Source: Rhodosorus marinus CCMP1338 (Eukaryota > Plantae > Rhodophyta). From it: a stretch of 64,000 bases of DNA. Shown one piece after another: positions 58,588 through 64,000 of this stretch. The first letter of the stretch is position 1. Each line of letters opens with the position of its first letter. A program made the translations under genes and the position numbers. The DNA lies in contig JAMWBK010000004.1 in NCBI GenBank assembly GCA_029953675.1, forward strand, positions 1,798,001-1,862,000. The letters run 5' to 3'. The notes below the pieces were generated by a model, which saw nothing but the letters and a program-made list of their open reading frames with translations, was not told the DNA's origin and made no database searches.

Positions 58588-61500
58588 TCAATGAGATGAG
58601 CGTTCTATGATTGCCGAGTACAAACCCATCGACCCGTTCCGCATGACACCAAGAATTGACAAGCAGATATTTCCGGAGTCGATCAGGACATGGTCCTTTT
58701 CACCAGGCTTTCTCGCCTGGATGACCAAGGGGACGAAAAAGTGCGAGCCTCCCGGAATCTCACGAACTCCCAGCTCCACGATAATGTCACCAGTCGTAAA
58801 ACTCGGCGGGACCTCGATGGAGTGGTGGTTCTGGTGCAACGCGAGGCTCCTCTCGACAACTCTAGCAGATGCATGCAAACCGTCACCACAGTTAGCTATC
58901 AGGAAAGCTCGAGCAGGATAAGCCAGTGCACATCGGATCACAGGGAGACGCTCACCTTCCAAACAGCAGTCTAACACGCCGTTCTGAGCAAAACAGGAGG
59001 CAACCGGGATATACCGAGGACGGCAACGAGCAGAGATATGGAAATTGGTACGTATTCAGCGTAATGCTCCTTTGGCCGATAATCTCTCCATCAACAATCA
59101 TGAGGAGCATCAAATTCGTGTGCGCGTGAATGCACGCCGCGAGAAGTCCGCCGTTGTCCTCCAGCTCAACTGTGCTTATTGCCATGATCCATGGACCATG
59201 GAGTGACGACCTTTCCACGGCGGAAACTTCCCCTTCGCTACTGGCTTCAAATTTCCACAACGCTACGCCGAATTCCTACTTGATCAGCGCGGAAGTGACA
59301 AAAAGAGAACCCGTGGTCTTAGCACAAAAGAACGGCTAGGGAACAAAATTATGCCCAGCATGCGTTTGCCAGGGAAAATTTTGTTTCGCACCGTCCCAAG
59401 TAGCAAGAGCCCCTCTCCCGCAGTTGCAATCGCAGAGCAGCTGTATGGAAGTGTGTATTGAAGTTTGAGCTCAAGGCCACTGCACTCATCTTGAGAGGGT
59501 AGTTGGACAACACCAATATGGTAAACTTCGTCAGAAGATGCCACAAGCAAGCAGACAGTGCTGAGTGGTCGCAGGGCTCTAATTCATTTGCAAGTTGAAA
59601 GTGAAGCACGATTAGAGGTGAGACTCCTAAGAACAATCTAGCGACTAAATTCGCAAGAAGTTGCTCACGAAGAGTTAGAGGGAATGTACAACTCCGCCGC
59701 ATCGAAGTAGGCGGACTTGTATCCTAGCGTGACTACGTCTGTTTCTTCTAGAGTAGATTGGTCAATGATCGACACGCTCTCCATTCCTTCAAAAGCCCTC
59801 GTCGCACAAAGTAGCTGTTCGATAAAAAAAAAAGGGCACTGAGAATAGTGCGGAGAGACGGATAAACTAGAGCCTCTTGTCGGAGGGGAATTACCAGGCA
59901 ATTGCTAGCTCTGCTCGCGAACAACTTCTTCGGGAGTAAACCTTCAAGAGTACGGGAATTTATCGCCACGCTTTCCACGCTGCTGAGATCTCCGAAACAG
60001 AGCCTCCCGTCCGTAGACACCCAACAAATCTGAGCAAAACCGCAAGAGTCGTTTTAGTCCAGTTTTGAGCGGTGTGGATCCGTAGAGGGCATCAACCTAA
60101 CCTTCCCAGATGCAAGCCCCCAATGACAGGCGCTGGAAACAGTAGTATTCACATACGAGGTTCTTCCCTCATTGCATAGAATCACACCAGGAGATCCTGG
60201 ACTGTACAAGTAGCACCGAGTTCGAGAGAGCTGAATCACGACCAGCTCAGAAGCGCCAATCTGCAGGACTGCGCTCTCGGAAATCACCGATCTAAACGCG
60301 ACAGTATTCGAGGAAAAAACAATCATTTGCTCCGATATGGTTAGTACGATTTTTCATGGTTCACAATTTGTCCGCATTTGGCTACTCAGCGTACTTGGGC
60401 AATGACTTCCTCAACTCTGTTACGGCGTCATGGTGTGATTGTTTCATCACGATCCTGGCCACGGACCCATTGTTTCCTGTACAAAGTATCGAAAACTGGT
60501 CCAGAAGGAAAGAAAAGTTAGACTCGTGAGACCGAAGCGGTCAAATAACCCAAAGTTAAATATATGCAATCCACCATGTTCCGACTGAAACATACCCCCC
60601 CCTTCCCTTTGGACGGTTCTGTCCACCACTGCATGACTATTGACTTAATTACTTTACACCCGGGGACGTTGACCACTCGCAGAGGGCTCAAGTCTGCCCC
60701 ATCATAAATCAAGAGCTCCTCACTGAACCAAGTTGCAACTAGGGCAAGCCTGAAAAGTACAAAAGCATTAGCGCCAGCAAGAAAGTGGACGTTCATACTA
60801 TAAGCGGAAACGAGCGGGGCACAAACTAAAAATGCGCTGCCGGAAATACATACACCCCATTCTGTTCCAAGAAGTTCTTGGGACCGAAAGCAACTGCAGA
60901 CGCTTCACCAGGCAGCTTCCTCTTTGCAAGAACGCGACCGCTGAACTCGTCGGCGTTCCGCTCCATTTTGTACAGGAACATGTCTTCCTGGCCTGTACAT
61001 ATCAGGAGCCTATCGGTACCGTCGTGGATACTACAAATTGAGCAGGTCGCTCCTCCCGGAAAAGACAATGAGCTGGAAAACTGTTCCGCGGGTCTATTCG
61101 ACAGAATTTGCACTCTGTGCTTGGTTATCTACAGGAGATGTTTGAAGAACGAACGCTGGTCAAACATCTTGCATCAAATGTCGAGCCCACAGCACAAGGT
61201 TGATTAAAAACAACAAACAGGCGGTTCTGCTCCTTCTATCGAGCTCGCAATAACCAACCCGAGCTTGAGATGTAGGGCTACCTGAACGAATGCTCCACAG
61301 CTTAATGCTCCTGCCCCCAAGGTGATCTCGTCCTTCACCAGATTGTCGAAGGGAACAGAGATGGGCTGCAGACCATGATTTGGATCATCCACAAACGCAA
61401 GATGAGCTTCCGACTCAGGACCAGTGCGGATGAACATGATCCTATGCGGGTAGAGCAGAGTATTGGCTTCAGCATTCTTCTGATCTATCTATTCCTTCCC

Positions 61501-63811
61501 GAAGAGCATGCACCACGAGCAGTAGAGTACCTTTTCCAAGATCCTCGGAACGTCGCGGCGACGAGGATACTGCAGTTGTCCGGCAAGTTTTCGCTACTGG
61601 AAACGTTCGGGATTAAATCAAAGCCGACCCGGATCCTCGAAACGGATCCGGACATGGACATAATCGTTTGTGCGTTCCACTCGATTGGCTCCTTGCTCTC
61701 CTCATGCATATCCCCACTCCCACAGCACGTGAAAACAATCGTAGAACCGTTGGAGGGGTCAACACTTGATACCTTGGATGAACACGATACAATGCCATGC
61801 GAACGTCAAGGCCTGACACAGCCCACTTACTTTCTCTGTGGCTGAGCATGCTTTAGGCATACTCACCATGTCTCGAATATCTCCTTTGTGGCGAACAGGA
61901 TAAAGCGTAGCGTAGCCACCCATTGAGTCTACATCTGCGATGCAAACATCTCCAGAAACCCCCCAGATCAACACAGTCTTCTGGTTCGGAAAGGGCCTCA
62001 TAGGGCCACCGCTATAAGAGAGAGGTTCTGGTTCCTTTCCGTAGGTCATTCGGCCATCAACGGGGCGGAAGCACTCAGGGAAGCCCGTGACGTCTAGTCG
62101 CTTGCAGAAGAGTCTGAAGTTCTGCCCTTCTTCTCTGATGAGCACGCGACACAACGTGTTGTCGCTGCGGAGCAATAGAAGAGCATTTTGATGAGAAGGC
62201 ACTTGAAACCGCGTCGCCGACAATATCTCCAGATTCTTGTCTGCCCACGAGAGAAGAATCGGCTGTTCAAGCTTAGCAGAAACCAAACAAAAAAAGGATA
62301 GCAGAAGGAGCTAGACCCAAACCGTACACACCTTCATCGTTCTCGACGAAATTTTCCAAGTACAACTGGGAGAACGGTCCTGAACACAAGCGCTCGTGAT
62401 GGCTGATCAAGCTTATCCTGTTCCGGTACACAAAAGCAAGCACAACAGCTGTGCGAACAAAGCGGTTCGGCGATCGCTTGAGTACGATGCCATTAATAAA
62501 TACAGATTGGCCAGTAGGAGTAGACGGGGAAATAGTTACAAACCTTCAGACACCCCAGGGTCCAAGAACCTCTTGTTCGTCATCGAAACCACCTGCATGT
62601 ACCCGGCATCGACGACTCCCGATTGTGTACAAGAAAGCTCGTCCGGTCTATCTGAGCGGGTTTGCAGTATAAACCACTGCTCGAATGAAAGATTCGTAGC
62701 GTTCCGCGTGCAAGCGAGCAAGGATAATCCATCGGAGACTACAACGTCGTCGTATCCTGTTGAGTTGACGAGGAAACCGATTACTGAGTGGTTAGGTGCT
62801 TAGCCCCATCGTCGCGTCTGAGATTCTCAACGTCCTATGGACTTTCCACTTCCTTCGGGTTGCGGGCAGGTGGTGGATTCGACTGAGTATCTCGGCGTAT
62901 TCTCACCTAGCTGTACAATCAAACCTACATCTTTGCAATCAAGTCGCGAGAAACGGGATCCTTGCCTAGGTGGATCGACCTGTGTCTCCGTCACAGTGTA
63001 CAGACCCTGATTGTCTCTCTTGAGAATGCAGACCCAAAACTTGCAATCCTCGGATATCAAAGTAACGATTCGGAAAGTTCCGGGGAGGTTCTGCAAAGCC
63101 ATTAACTTCGAGGGTCTAAGCTGCTTGCCTGGAGACTGCGTAAAAGCGCTTGTACCACCATAACCTGCGCCGGGGGAAACATGGAACAAAACACAACGGG
63201 TACAACAAAAGCCCACACGGATACCGTTAGGAATGCTTTTCGTCTGCTTTCGGCTAGTTGAGTCTACTCTTTGCCATTAGCCTCCGATAAAATGAGTAGA
63301 GCAGCTTACTCATCTTCAAAAGTCGGTATGAGCCAGTAGATTGATTCAAAACGCAGCGCAGGACAACCCAGCCGCCGCCGCGAAAAGTCACGAAAATATC
63401 ATCCGCGGTGCCCAGATACTTGCCGGGGACAACATCGATTGAGATATAGTCTGTACAGCGAATTCTACAGAGCTCTTCAACTCTGCCGTCGTCATTTTCC
63501 GGGTCCAATCCAGGCTGAGACCAAGAACCCTCGTTCAGAAACCTGGCGACGACCAACAACCCTTCATCTGTTATGTACACTGCCTGGGGTTCAGGACTAT
63601 CTACAAACCTTCCACAAACAATATATTCTTTTATCTCAGACGCTTTAAGTTTTCCCCAGGAGCCCAGTCGGGACCATGAACTAGAAGTCCGATCTGGCGG
63701 ACCGTCCCCAATTCCAGCTGGTTCGATATTTGCACCTCTTCCACCATTTCTGGAGTTTGACAACGTCAGCAGTTCTCTTGGATTCCTTGATGCCCATAAA
63801 TCCATGTCCAT
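58588..63811 (-). CDS. Divergent DDB1/RSE1(SF3B3)/CPSF160-family triple beta-propeller protein (MMS1/Rik1-like?), many exons
   Basis: Family landmarks in the expected order: CGRF...AVYITDEGLLVV, DDIFVTFRGGGWVVLR, DPQGRYVVVS, YPVRHKGDIRDM (compare NxGPIxDM), SGSVSRIRVGF...SENLP, EITLGAGALSCGAFVQVA (compare Tl..g....lvQVT), and C-terminal propeller strands LQYTLPYSCSAIATAGEGLLLLGT. The spliced size is roughly that of DDB1-family proteins. Confidence 0.68.
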
Positions 63812-64000
63812 GGTTCATTCAACGGTTCCAAGCGGCGGAACACCGCACCAACCACCACGAAAACAGCAACCGCCGTGGACGCTCAGAATCTCTTGCCTTG
63901 CAAGCTTCTTGAAAGCCGCCGGCGGTTTTCACACTACCCATCCACCCATGGCCGCAAAGGCCTAGAAGAATCATATTTCTTTTAGAGTTTTTTCTGCTCA

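Overview
Gene-dense, intron-rich eukaryotic nuclear DNA: about 16 protein genes in 64 kb, with many short GT-AG introns, and no rRNA, tRNA, CRISPR array or recognisable transposon. A B-type CDK, plastid-type N-termini, a CAD/URA2-type fusion and plant-type HNH and NUXM genes together suggest a red alga (inference). Genes in order: HACD, CDKB, CPS-pseudoDHO-ATC fusion, ArsS-type radical SAM enzyme, CRTISO-like oxidoreductase, NOP14, TOM1-like VHS-GAT protein with a very long Pro/Ala linker, two-RRM hnRNP, VPS18, small spliced HNH protein (absent from the ORF track), RsmE, complex I NUXM subunit, ABCE1, VTA1, intronless NADP-GDH, an FHA-domain protein, and a divergent DDB1/RSE1/CPSF160-family propeller protein. 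Top lead: the seven-exon gene at 55321-57910 (-) reconstructs as FHA plus a SPOC-like, alpha/beta and PIN-like C-terminal array resembling TASOR (HUSH) and Chp1 (RITS). It lies directly downstream of the divergent DDB1-like gene, a possible Rik1/Mms1 analogue, so it may be an undescribed algal silencing scaffold. Other leads: the ArsS arsenosugar enzyme, the fungal-style dead DHO domain, a natural Y15F CDKB, and 12 GTAC motifs with a perfect 16-bp hairpin at ~50.7-51.0 kb. All assignments come from manual translation and remembered motifs; no database searches were run, and exon boundaries are approximate.
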